DNA of 64,000 bases, from NCBI GenBank assembly GCA_050287085.1, contig JBNKBE010000003.1, forward strand, positions 175,350 to 239,349, in the 5' to 3' direction. The notes under the pieces are model-generated. The model had not been told where the DNA came from and searched no databases. It saw only the letters and a list, made by a program, of their open reading frames with translations. The DNA is from Polyangiaceae bacterium (lineage in GTDB: Bacteria; Myxococcota_A; Polyangia; Polyangiales; Polyangiaceae). Position 1 is the first letter of the stretch; each line of letters begins with the position of its first letter. The position numbers and the translations under genes were made by a program. Positions 1 to 12,448 of the stretch are shown piece by piece.

Positions 1-383
1 TGCTAAGATTCGAGACCGTGCCCACCAACGAGCAAAACCTGGGCCAGGCCGTCGAAAATGGGACCCGCGTCTTCGGCTCCCCTGCCGCCCCGCGACTTGC
101 AAGGCTGGTCCAGCGCACCGTTGAGGGTGGAAGTCGCAACATATTCTACATCCATAAGACCGAAACGACGGTCGGCCGTGAAACAGGAGATATCGTATTC
201 ACGGAGGATCCGTTCATGAGTCGGCAACACGCCATGATCAGTCAGGTCAGCCAGGGCGCCTTCACCCTCAGCGATCTAAACTCGTCCAATGGCACATTCC
301 TCGGCCTCCGAGGAGACCGCACGCTAAACGATGGCGACCAGTTGCGCATCGGGCAGCATCTATTTCAACTCCGCATTGGCTAG
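1..383 (+). CDS. FHA domain protein, probably 5'-truncated by the window edge
   Basis: FHA motifs VGR, SRQHA and DLNSSNGTF, ending IGQHLF. The reading frame is open from the window start. Confidence 0.85.
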   Translation, partial: LRFETVPTNEQNLGQAVENGTRVFGSPAAPRLARLVQRTVEGGSRNIFYIHKTETTVGRETGDIVFTEDPFMSRQHAMISQVSQGAFTLSDLNSSNGTFLGLRGDRTLNDGDQLRIGQHLFQLRIG

Positions 384-440
384 CCCATGACAAGCTCGCC
401 TATGATGCACTCTACCGCGGGCCCCTCCCGCTAGGCCCAC

Positions 441-1613
441 ATGAGTGAAAGCAGCGACACAGCGACCGCCGGCGGTCAGATCCGCGCACTTCTGTTTGGT
501 CGTACTGACGTTGGGCAAATCCGCGAGCACAACGAAGACAACTTCCTGATAGCGGATCTCACGGAACAGAGCCGAAAACTACGGCTTGAGGACCGCGATC
601 GTCTCATCAGCGCCAAGGGCAACGTATTCGGTGTCTGCGATGGTATGGGAGGAGCGGCAGCGGGCGAGGTCGCCAGTCAGATGGCTGTCGATCTCATCTA
701 TGAGCACTTGATCGCTCAGCCAGCGCCGGAAAGCGCTGACGTATTCGCCGCAAGCGTGGTCCGGGCGGTAGAGGAAGCCGGACTGAAGATCTACCACGAA
801 GCGCGCGCGGACCGCTCGCGCCGTGGCATGGGCACAACGGCCACAATCGCAGCGGTGCTTGGCCCACGCCTGTTTGTGGCTCAGGTAGGCGACAGTCGCG
901 CCTACCTGCTGCGCGGGAACAACCTGGTGCAGGTCACGCGGGATCAAAGTCTCGTCAACCAACTGATCGAAGCCGGCCAACTGACGGAAGAAGAGGCCGA
1001 GACCTTCGAGCACAACAACATCATTCTGCAGGCACTCGGCACGGCCGAAACAGTCCAGGTCGACGTGACTACAGTCGAACTCCGACGGGACGATGTCCTG
1101 ATGGTGTGCTCCGACGGTCTGAGTGGCATGGTGCGAAGCCCAGATCTCCGCGAGGTATTGCTTCGCGTGCCCGATCCGGTCGAAGCCTGCAAGGAGCTCA
1201 CGGCGCTGGCCAACGCAGCTGGCGGCCACGACAACATCACCGTCATCGTCGTACGCTTCTCAGGTGACGGGTTGGCCGAGTCCGCGCCCACCGAAGGAGT
1301 GCCCTTCGAGAAGTATGCTCCGGGCAGGGAGCGGCTCACAGAAACGGTTCGTTACCGGGTCGGTGCCGACGCGGAGACGCTGCAAGCCGCTCCCCCGAGC
1401 GAAGAAGCGGCCCGAGAGACACGCGAGCTCAGAGTGAGTCATACAATGGTTGGAACGCTGACTCCCGACCTGAGCGAGCTAGAGCTTTCTTCGCTACCAG
1501 GGAGTCGCGATGAGACGACGCCGCGCGGCGGGCTCCCGCCTTGGGCGGTCCTGGCGGTTGTCATCACCGGTCTGACGCTGATCGGAGTACTCGCGGTCGT
1601 GCTGCTACGCTAA
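441..1613 (+). CDS. PP2C/Stp1-family Ser/Thr phosphatase with C-terminal TM anchor
   Basis: RxxNED, VCDGMGG, MGTT, VGDSRAY, CSDGL and GGHDNIT motifs; hydrophobic C-terminal helix. Confidence 0.95.
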   Translation: MSESSDTATAGGQIRALLFGRTDVGQIREHNEDNFLIADLTEQSRKLRLEDRDRLISAKGNVFGVCDGMGGAAAGEVASQMAVDLIYEHLIAQPAPESADVFAASVVRAVEEAGLKIYHEARADRSRRGMGTTATIAAVLGPRLFVAQVGDSRAYLLRGNNLVQVTRDQSLVNQLIEAGQLTEEEAETFEHNNIILQALGTAETVQVDVTTVELRRDDVLMVCSDGLSGMVRSPDLREVLLRVPDPVEACKELTALANAAGGHDNITVIVVRFSGDGLAESAPTEGVPFEKYAPGRERLTETVRYRVGADAETLQAAPPSEEAARETRELRVSHTMVGTLTPDLSELELSSLPGSRDETTPRGGLPPWAVLAVVITGLTLIGVLAVVLLR

Positions 1614-1673
1614 CTAACGCCCGGTGCGCAACAGCCGCGCCGATCCGACGGTATCTGCAAAGGGCCCAAACGC

Positions 1674-3107
1674 TTGGCGCGCCGCATCCTCTGGTTTCTC
1701 CCGACGCTTCTCGCTGTCACCGTCATCGCCTTCGCAGGGATCAGTGCGGCTTTCGGAGCCGCTCAGAAGCAGCTCCCGCTGTTTCTCAATCTGCACCCCG
1801 AGGACGTCGATACCAAGAGCTGGGCCCTCGCACGGCAGCTTGCTGAAGGAGAGTCGTCCCGCGCGCGTGACGAACTAAACCGGCTGGGTGCGGCTGCACT
1901 CCCCACCTTATTACCCCGCCTCGACCAACTCTCCCCGCGAAGCCGGCGGCGGGTGGCTCTGGCCCTGGCGCCGATGGCGAAGCGCATGGAGCTCGAGCTC
2001 CCAAGTGATCTTGGTGAGGAAAACGCCCTCCGCTATTGGCGCAGCTTCTGGGACCAGCACGCGGTCGACTTCGAATCCGTGGCGATCCGTCGCCTCGTGA
2101 CCCGCTTCGTAGAGCGCAGCAGCCCCCAACGCGAGCACGAGCTCTACCAGCTGGACACCGCCGCGTTGCCGGAACTCATGACGCAGCTCGATGCGAGAAG
2201 CACGAGCTACGCTGCAATCGCGGCCATATCACGGGTGCTCACCCACATCACAGGTACAAGCCCCCAGGCGACGACGATGGACGAGGACGGCGCAGCGCGG
2301 ACCGTAGCCTTCTGGCAGATGTGGTGGGGAGCCCACGGCAGCAACTACACCAACCCGCAGGGTTTCGAACGCCTGCTCGCCCCGCTGCTCAACACCCAAT
2401 ACGCGCATTGGGCCCGAGACGCCGCGCGCACGCGCTTTGGGACCACGCGAAGCGGCGAGCCAGCGTTGAGTGCGTTCGCCCGCGTGGTGCCGACGTCGCT
2501 CATGCTGTTTCTCTTCGCAACGCTATTTGGTCCCCTCGTGGCTGCACTGCTCCTAGTGGTGGAGTCAGCGCTTGCGGAGCGAACCCGCCTACACCTCCCG
2601 GGCGTTGCGGGTCTGGGGTTCGCCATGGCGACGCTGGCGCTGTGGTCCCTTTCGCGCGGAGCAGCAGCCACCGCGCAATCCCCCTTGCTCCGAATAGCAA
2701 TCGCCCAACTTGTCGTCCTCACGGTAGCGACCGCTCTGTCACTGCGCGAGCAACGCGTGCAGCTCGCGATTCTGTCCCGAAGCCCCTTCGTCAGCACCTA
2801 CCGCCTGCTAGGCATTGGGCGCACTGGGTTAACCTGGATCCGTCTACGCCACGCGCGAGCCTTCATAGTGTCCGCCGCCACCCGTAGCGCAGCGACCTCG
2901 TTGAGCGCTGTGATGGTAGTGGAAGCAACGTTGGGAATCGACGGGCTGGGGTTTCGCTCGGTGCTCGCACTGCACCACCGCGATACCAACTGGTTGATGC
3001 TCGCGACCCTTGCGACAACAACGTTGATGGGCGTTTTGTTCTTGGCAGCCGACGCTTTCAAGCGCGCCACGGGGCTGTCACGCCTGGAAGAGCAAGACGA
3101 TTGGTGA
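1674..3107 (+). CDS. DppB/OppB-like ABC permease with large helical insertion
   Basis: N-terminal RRILWFLPTLLAV, a QYxxW...FG...P segment and a degenerate EAA loop (PFVSTYRLLGI). About 200 extra hydrophilic residues after TM1. Confidence 0.7.
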   Translation: MARRILWFLPTLLAVTVIAFAGISAAFGAAQKQLPLFLNLHPEDVDTKSWALARQLAEGESSRARDELNRLGAAALPTLLPRLDQLSPRSRRRVALALAPMAKRMELELPSDLGEENALRYWRSFWDQHAVDFESVAIRRLVTRFVERSSPQREHELYQLDTAALPELMTQLDARSTSYAAIAAISRVLTHITGTSPQATTMDEDGAARTVAFWQMWWGAHGSNYTNPQGFERLLAPLLNTQYAHWARDAARTRFGTTRSGEPALSAFARVVPTSLMLFLFATLFGPLVAALLLVVESALAERTRLHLPGVAGLGFAMATLALWSLSRGAAATAQSPLLRIAIAQLVVLTVATALSLREQRVQLAILSRSPFVSTYRLLGIGRTGLTWIRLRHARAFIVSAATRSAATSLSAVMVVEATLGIDGLGFRSVLALHHRDTNWLMLATLATTTLMGVLFLAADAFKRATGLSRLEEQDDW

Positions 3108-3874
3108 CCTACCGGCGCACGCAACTGGCCTGGGCAGGCGGCGCGCTCTTGATCTGGGGGCTAGCACGCAGCGAGCTATTGCCTGTGGAGCATTGGCTCG
3201 GTCGCGTGCTGATGCAGAGCGCTCACACGCTCGAGCTTCTCGCCACTTCCGTTGGCCTGGCACTGGGTCTCGGGTGGACGCTCGGCACCGCCGCTGCACT
3301 AGGTCCAAGCGGTCTGGGAAGGGCTGTTCGACGTCTACACGAGCTTTCCGCGGTAGCCCCCGTCGTGCTCGTCCTGGGGTTGCTGAGCGAAGCCGCACCG
3401 GAGTTGTCAATGGCGCAACTCGGAGCGCTGTTCGGCCTACTGAAGGCTTTCGCCGCAGCAAGGCTTTGCCTGTCCCTCACCTCGCGAGCCAGGGAGCGCC
3501 CCTACGCGCAAGCCGCAGTGCGGCTTGGCGTCTCCAACGCACGTGCCTATGCCCGTCACGTGTGGCCGAGCGTGAGCCCCTCGCTGTCTCATACCGCCAT
3601 GGAGATCGCGATGCAGGCCCTCGCCCTGGACGGATGCCTACGATTGCTTGCCTTGGGCGCTCCTGGATCGGCGTCCTGGGGCGGCGCGGTAGGTGCTCTG
3701 CTGCGGGAGCCGAACGCGAGTTTTGGCCAATGGCTCTTGCCCCTCGCCGGAGTCGCGCTGACTGCTTACGCCGTTGCTATCCTGACTCAAGGCAAGTCTC
3801 CCAGGGGCTACCGGAGACTCGTCGGCGCGCAGCAACACGTTTCTATCCTCGCACTGCCCACAAAGTTCCAATAG
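3101..3874 (+). CDS. DppC/OppC-like ABC permease
   Basis: EAA-like ERPYAQAAVRLGVSNARAYARHVWP and SWG motif; overlaps the upstream permease. Confidence 0.75.
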   Translation: MVTYRRTQLAWAGGALLIWGLARSELLPVEHWLGRVLMQSAHTLELLATSVGLALGLGWTLGTAAALGPSGLGRAVRRLHELSAVAPVVLVLGLLSEAAPELSMAQLGALFGLLKAFAAARLCLSLTSRARERPYAQAAVRLGVSNARAYARHVWPSVSPSLSHTAMEIAMQALALDGCLRLLALGAPGSASWGGAVGALLREPNASFGQWLLPLAGVALTAYAVAILTQGKSPRGYRRLVGAQQHVSILALPTKFQ

Positions 3875-3883
3875 GATTGGCTC

Positions 3884-4528
3884 ATGGCAGCACTTCTCCA
3901 GGTCAATGAACAGAACTTCGAGCGGGAGGTCCTCAACAGTGAGACCCCGGTCTTGCTCGAGTTCGGCGCCGAATGGTGTGGCCCTTGCAAGACCGTTGCC
4001 CCGGAGCTCGAAGCCCTCGCGAGGGAGCTAGACGGCAAACTGCGCGTGGTGACGGTCGACATCGATCGCGCCCCCATGCTGACGCAGCAATTTGGTGTTC
4101 AGTCGGTACCGGCATTTGCCGTATTTGTCGGCGGGCGCCCCGTGGCCGCGAAAATGGGTGCCCTGTCCCGAATCCAGCTCCGCCAACTAGTAGAGCCATT
4201 CTTGCCCCGAGCTGCCGGCTCTCTGAAACCCGAAGAAGTGAAGAAACTCATCGCCGCCGGACAGGTTGTCCCCGTGGATACCCGCGACGCGGCGGCATTT
4301 GGTCGCGCTCGCCTCCCCCAGGCCGTGCACATGCCGCTAGACGAGATTCAGACGCGTCTGGCAGAGCTCAGCACGCTCGGCGGAGTGCCCGTGTTGTATT
4401 GCCGCGGTGGGGACAAGAGCTCCGAGCTGGCGACGAAGCTGACCGCAGCAGGGGCACCCGTCGCCTTCATGGAAGGTGGGTTGTTGGGCTGGGAAGGCGC
4501 AGGGCTCGAAGTCGAGCGCCCCGATTGA
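3884..4528 (+). CDS. Thioredoxin-rhodanese fusion
   Basis: WCGPC active site followed by a rhodanese domain (VDTR, YCRGGDKS loop, GGLLGW). Confidence 0.9.
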   Translation: MAALLQVNEQNFEREVLNSETPVLLEFGAEWCGPCKTVAPELEALARELDGKLRVVTVDIDRAPMLTQQFGVQSVPAFAVFVGGRPVAAKMGALSRIQLRQLVEPFLPRAAGSLKPEEVKKLIAAGQVVPVDTRDAAAFGRARLPQAVHMPLDEIQTRLAELSTLGGVPVLYCRGGDKSSELATKLTAAGAPVAFMEGGLLGWEGAGLEVERPD

Positions 4529-4530
4529 GT

Positions 4531-4614
4531 CGCTGTGGACCGTCGTGGAGCGCCGTGAGCCGTGGGGCGCTGTGGGCCGCGGAGCGCTGTGAGCCGTGGG
4601 GCGCTGTGGGCCGT
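4531..4614. repeat. Degenerate 17-bp tandem repeat (CGCYGTGRGCCGYGGRG, ~5 units) between convergent genes
   Basis: Units at 4551, 4568, 4585 and 4602, plus a degenerate unit at 4531; 34-bp higher-order periodicity. Confidence 0.85.
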
Positions 4615-5309
4615 TAGCCAGCTTGCCCGCGCGCGACTCGTACTAGTTCGTCTCGCTTGCCCGCTAGGCGAAGTAGCAGCTCCCCCTGAGACTTGACCCC
4701 GGTCTTGCGGAAGATGCGCTTGAGATGGTTGCGGACGGTATAGGGACTAAGACTCAAACACTCCGCAATACCGCCGACGCGCAGACCCGAACGAAGCAAG
4801 CGGACCACCTCGTGTTCGCGACGGGTCAAAGTGCGCAGCACGGGCTCGCTACCTGAGGCCGGGGCTGGAGGGATGACCGAACCTGTTTCGCGCGTACCGA
4901 TGTGGCGCTCAATCTCCGTAAAGGGGATCACAACGGCCCGGCCCCCCACGAAGATCTGTGACGCTCCAAAATCGCCGAGGGACGATTGCACCACCGTGGG
5001 TGCGGCGAAGAACAAACACAACACGGCCTCGTCACACCGCGAGCGCAACGAGAGAGCAAATGAGCTTCCGGGCGGCCCAGACTCCTGTCGCCACTCGCGC
5101 TCGAACAACACCCGATCGGCGTCCTCGTAGAGGAGGTGCGAAAGGGGACGGCCTAGCAGCTCAGCCGGTGCATACCCCAACATCACCGCAAAGTACCTGT
5201 TGACCAACCCCATGGTGCCGTCCGCTGTCCACTGCAAGTGTCCAACAGGTAGCGAGTCCAACGCGGCAGAGTCGGGAAGATACGGAGCTATCGAAGCGCC
5301 GATCGTCAT
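4614..5309 (-). CDS. PAS-like domain + LuxR-type HTH transcriptional regulator
   Basis: VNRYFAVMLGYAPAELLGRPL (PAS) and LTRREHEVVRLL...LSLSPYTVRNHLKRIFRKTGV (LuxR HTH). ATG at 5309 chosen; the ORF extends to 5354. Confidence 0.88.
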   Translation of the reverse strand: MTIGASIAPYLPDSAALDSLPVGHLQWTADGTMGLVNRYFAVMLGYAPAELLGRPLSHLLYEDADRVLFEREWRQESGPPGSSFALSLRSRCDEAVLCLFFAAPTVVQSSLGDFGASQIFVGGRAVVIPFTEIERHIGTRETGSVIPPAPASGSEPVLRTLTRREHEVVRLLRSGLRVGGIAECLSLSPYTVRNHLKRIFRKTGVKSQGELLLRLAGKRDELVRVARGQAG

Positions 5310-5912
5310 GCCCGGATTGCTCCGAGCTGCTCGGCATACTTCGCGCTGAAACAATTGGCACCACGACTTCTTGCAAAAGTGCAGCGCAGCCTAACAAGGT
5401 TGAATCCTAACAGCATGACAACCACGAGCACCCGTCCAGGGCACAGTCCTTCATCGCGGCCCTTCACTGCGGCTGCAGTGTTACCGTCAGCCAACGATCC
5501 CATCGACAACAGGTGTCGCCCGACATCGGACCAACCAGAGCCAAGCAAACACGCCACGCCAGCATGGCTGCCGTAGAAAACTCCACCACCGCGGCTTTTC
5601 CGCGGTCACGCCGTCGTAGCGCTTATCTAACGCGTCTAGCTTTTACCGAAACCGGAGCAGGTGTACACCCTCTTTCGGCTTCAGAGCGACGCCGAGGCAC
5701 TCGCCTCCGCCGTTGGCTCGATTTGGGTCTCCTAAGAATCTACTCATGCCCAATTTTTGAGCGTGCTTCCGAAAAGCACCGTGGCGTCCGTCAAAGCAGC
5801 CTCCTGGTGAAACGCCACGGGCCGGCCGCGGCATGCACGCCCTCGCCCACAAGGTGGCATTGTTTGTCCGAGCTCGGCGCGCGGAGCTGGCCATGACGGT
5901 GCCCGCAGTTGC

Positions 5913-6389
5913 ATGTCACAACCCATGACTCCAGATGGTTTGTGGTTGTGGCTCGCGGCGAGCGTAGCGCTAGTGCTCTCGGTGCTCGCCGCGGGCCTCC
6001 GTGTCGGCTTGTGGTGGGCCGCCCTGCAACGGCGGCGCCAGGTTGAGCGCCGCGTACGCGGCGCTCAACTGAAGGAGCTCGAGGCTACGTCACTGCTCAC
6101 TCGTCTCGGCTACGAGGTGCTCGCCGAACAGGCGGTGGTGGACTGGGTGATCGAGGCGGACGACCAGCCCTTGAGGATTCGCTTGCGAGCTGACTACATC
6201 ATCACGCGCAACGGAAAGGTGTTCGTCGCAGATGCCAAGTTTGGAGACGTAGCCACCTCGCTTCGCAGCGGCGCTACGCGTCGCCAGCTGCTCGAGTATC
6301 GCCTGGCCTACGACGTCGACGGGGTGGTGCTTCTCGACATGACCCGCGAGCGTGCGGTCAGGGTATCGTTTCCAGCACTAGCCGCTTGA
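5913..6389 (+). CDS. Membrane-anchored hypothetical protein with PD-(D/E)xK nuclease-like motif
   Basis: N-terminal TM, then E...RADY...VADAK...RRQLLEY pattern. Confidence 0.6.
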   Translation: MSQPMTPDGLWLWLAASVALVLSVLAAGLRVGLWWAALQRRRQVERRVRGAQLKELEATSLLTRLGYEVLAEQAVVDWVIEADDQPLRIRLRADYIITRNGKVFVADAKFGDVATSLRSGATRRQLLEYRLAYDVDGVVLLDMTRERAVRVSFPALAA

Positions 6390-6404
6390 GAACACCCACA
6401 AATA

Positions 6405-6447
6405 CGCAACGACCCGGGATGCTCACGAGAGCCCCCGGGTCGTTGCG
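6405..6447. terminator. Strong hairpin between convergent genes, likely bidirectional terminator
   Basis: CGCAACGACCCGGG / CCCGGGTCGTTGCG perfect 14-bp inverted repeat plus inner GCTC-ACGA-GAGC stem. Confidence 0.7.
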
Positions 6448-6466
6448 CCACGAACGCCGAAAGGCC

Positions 6467-9868
<3,402 letters not shown>

Positions 9869-10214
9869 AGCCCTTTCGCCCGAGCCCCGCCTCCCAGTCT
9901 GGCCGCGCAGAGGGCACGCTGCCTCTTGTGCCCCCGCCTCTCTGGTGGGGCTCGGCCACATCACCCACATCGAGCCCCGACGAGCGCTCGCCGGCCGCCA
10001 CATCAAGCGCGTGTTTCACAACGCGCCCGAGCACACCGCTCCAGAAAAAAACTTCAGCCAACGTGCAAGGCGTCTTTACAGCGCGCCCTTGGGATGCCAA
10101 GCCGTCCCACAATCCGGGGGTGTGCCTCGACCTGGCTCGCCCTTGCGGTCTACACTGCTACATGCGCCTACCTTGGTCGCGTTCGCCTGTTTGCTTATCT
10201 CTAAGGACTCGACG

Positions 10215-12302
10215 ATGAAAAAGTTCTCCCCGCTAATGCTGCTGGGACTAGTTGCAGCCCTCCTATCCGGCTGTACTTCAGACGCCAAACCCGACACAGA
10301 GGAACCCGGTGGCGGTGGTAGTTGCCCCCCGAGTGCCCCGAGCTTGTGTCCGGCGACTACCTCATTCCCGCAAGGCTACTGCGCCGATATCCAACAAGAC
10401 ACGCAGAATTGCGGGTCCTGCGGCAACCACTGCCCTGACGGCCTTGCTTGCTCCAATGGACAATGCGCATGTCCCGGCGGAAAGACCCTGTGCCAAGGAG
10501 TCTGCGTCGATCTGCAAAGCGACCCGCAGAACTGCGGGATGTGCGCTCAGGACTGCGGCGGGCTCTTCTGCAATGTGGGCAGCTGCAGCGCAACCTGTTC
10601 ACAGACGACCTGCGCCAGTGGCGCAGGGCAAGTCTGTGTCGATCCCACTTCGAGCCCAGATCATTGCGGCGAATGTGGCAACGCGTGCGGGGCTGGACAG
10701 GCCTGCACCGGCGGAAGCTGCACATGCCCTGGAGGCGCAGCCGCCTGCAACGGCATGTGCTGCTCAGCAGGCGCCACCTGTGACGGCACCCAATGCGTCG
10801 CTGTCACGCCTGGCGGAGGAGGCAACGCCAACGGCGGCGCTGGCAACGGCGACAACGCCGGCGCTGGCGGCATGAGTGGCGGTGCCAACAACGACAACGG
10901 GGGCGCGAGCAACGGTGGGGCCACCGACAACAACGGCGGCGATCCTCCCGGCTACTGGCGGTACGGCGACTGGAAGGGCTGCGTCTGGACCGGAGTAGAC
11001 GTCGAGGATGTCGGAACCACAGCCACCCCGGAGGATTTTCGTGACCGGGCACCTACCGATGCGTACTGCCTCAGCGGCACCGTTGGAGCTGATGAAGACT
11101 ACGCGTCGGTCGCCCTGCTCGGCTTCAACCTCAACGAGGATCCAGCCGGCGCCGACTGTGCCTACGATCCCACAGACGCAACCGCCAAAGGTCCCCCAGG
11201 CGTCACGCTCACAGCTGAAGGCATTGCCGCCGACTTCGTAAAGCAGGGGGCTGACACCAGCTTTGTCCTGCGCGTTCAGCTTCAGGGTCCAGACGGGGCC
11301 ACCGACGAGAACGACCGCTGGTGCGCCACCATTGACGCTGTCCAGGGCAAGGTATTCGTCCCGTATAGCGACTTCAACACGGCTTGCTGGGATGGTACAG
11401 GCGACGCCTACGCAGGTCAGCCGGTTTCAGCCGTAGTCTTTCTCGTTCCGGGCAGCCAGGAACCAACCCCCTACGACTTCTGTGTAAACGGATTTGCCGC
11501 TGGCACCAGCGCCTCCGACGCCCCCGATGGCCCCGCCCAAGCCGGGGATCTAACGGGGCGAGTGGGAAGCGACGGCGCCGAGGGCGACTTCGAACGCGCC
11601 AAGGTCGTGGCCGATGGCGAAGAATACATCATCCAGAACAACAACTGGGGCAACCCCGACAGCACGAACCTGATCCTCGAGTACAAGAACAACAGCTTCA
11701 AGGTCGTCGAGGGCCGCGGTGAAGGGGGCAACGGGCAGGGCGTACCGTCGTCATTCCCCTCTATCTACATCGGTGCCAACGGCTTCACGCAGAACGGCGT
11801 GCTCGCAACCTCCGGCACCGACAACCTGCCGAAGCAAGTCTCCCAGATCAACAGCATCCAAACCACGTTCGAGTGGTCCGGGACCACCGACTCGTTCAAC
11901 GCGACCTACGATGTGTGGTTTGCCAATAGCCCTCCCGCGACGGAGTACAAGGACGGCATCGACGGCTTCCTCATGGTTTGGCTCCACGATCCGGCGGACG
12001 CCCAGCCGATCGGCGGCCAAACGCGGTCTGCTAACATCGCCGGGACTAGCTGGCAGGTCTGGACTGGTGAGCGTGGACCCGGGCCCGACGGCTACAACGA
12101 CGCACCGGTCGTGTCGTACGTCGCCAATCAGTCGATGAATGCCCTCACGTTCGATCTAAAAGACTTCATCGACGACGCGGTGCAGAACAACAACCTCAGT
12201 GGCAGCATGTACTTGACCGACGTGTTCGCTGGCTTCGAGATCTGGCGCGGCGGCGCTGGCGGCAATCTCGGCGTCGACAAGTTCACTTGCAAGGTTGAAT
12301 GA
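10215..12302 (+). CDS. Lipoprotein: Cys-rich repeats + Gly/Asn linker + CBM-like domain + GH12-fold domain
   Basis: AAGGA RBS then ATG 10215; lipobox LSGC; DxxNCGxCGxxC repeats; GH12 motifs QNNNWG, PSIYIG, NATYDVWF, LMVWL, QPIG, AGFEIW. Confidence 0.85.
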   Translation: MKKFSPLMLLGLVAALLSGCTSDAKPDTEEPGGGGSCPPSAPSLCPATTSFPQGYCADIQQDTQNCGSCGNHCPDGLACSNGQCACPGGKTLCQGVCVDLQSDPQNCGMCAQDCGGLFCNVGSCSATCSQTTCASGAGQVCVDPTSSPDHCGECGNACGAGQACTGGSCTCPGGAAACNGMCCSAGATCDGTQCVAVTPGGGGNANGGAGNGDNAGAGGMSGGANNDNGGASNGGATDNNGGDPPGYWRYGDWKGCVWTGVDVEDVGTTATPEDFRDRAPTDAYCLSGTVGADEDYASVALLGFNLNEDPAGADCAYDPTDATAKGPPGVTLTAEGIAADFVKQGADTSFVLRVQLQGPDGATDENDRWCATIDAVQGKVFVPYSDFNTACWDGTGDAYAGQPVSAVVFLVPGSQEPTPYDFCVNGFAAGTSASDAPDGPAQAGDLTGRVGSDGAEGDFERAKVVADGEEYIIQNNNWGNPDSTNLILEYKNNSFKVVEGRGEGGNGQGVPSSFPSIYIGANGFTQNGVLATSGTDNLPKQVSQINSIQTTFEWSGTTDSFNATYDVWFANSPPATEYKDGIDGFLMVWLHDPADAQPIGGQTRSANIAGTSWQVWTGERGPGPDGYNDAPVVSYVANQSMNALTFDLKDFIDDAVQNNNLSGSMYLTDVFAGFEIWRGGAGGNLGVDKFTCKVE

Positions 12303-12334
12303 GCCAATCGGGCGAAACCGACGCCCGAGCCACC

Positions 12335-12377
12335 AAGACGCCTCATCCGCAAATCGCGGCTGAGGCGTTTTCATTTC
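12335..12377 (+). terminator. Rho-independent terminator of the GH12-like gene
   Basis: AAGACGCCTCA-t-CCGC-aaatc-GCGG-c-TGAGGCGTTTT followed by CATTTC; a second hairpin lies at 12308-12328. Confidence 0.7.
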
Positions 12378-12448
12378 TGTTGGCTGAACCCAGCGCCTTC
12401 CATGACGGCACGCGCAAAGCCCCCAGGCCCCCCTTCACACCCTGGCCC

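Noticed and set aside
5356..5375. TGGCAC...TTGCA as a sigma54 promoter
   Set aside because: Nine nt between the elements instead of the required five.
9945..10214. N-terminal extension of the GH12-like ORF
   Set aside because: RBS and signal peptide support ATG 10215.
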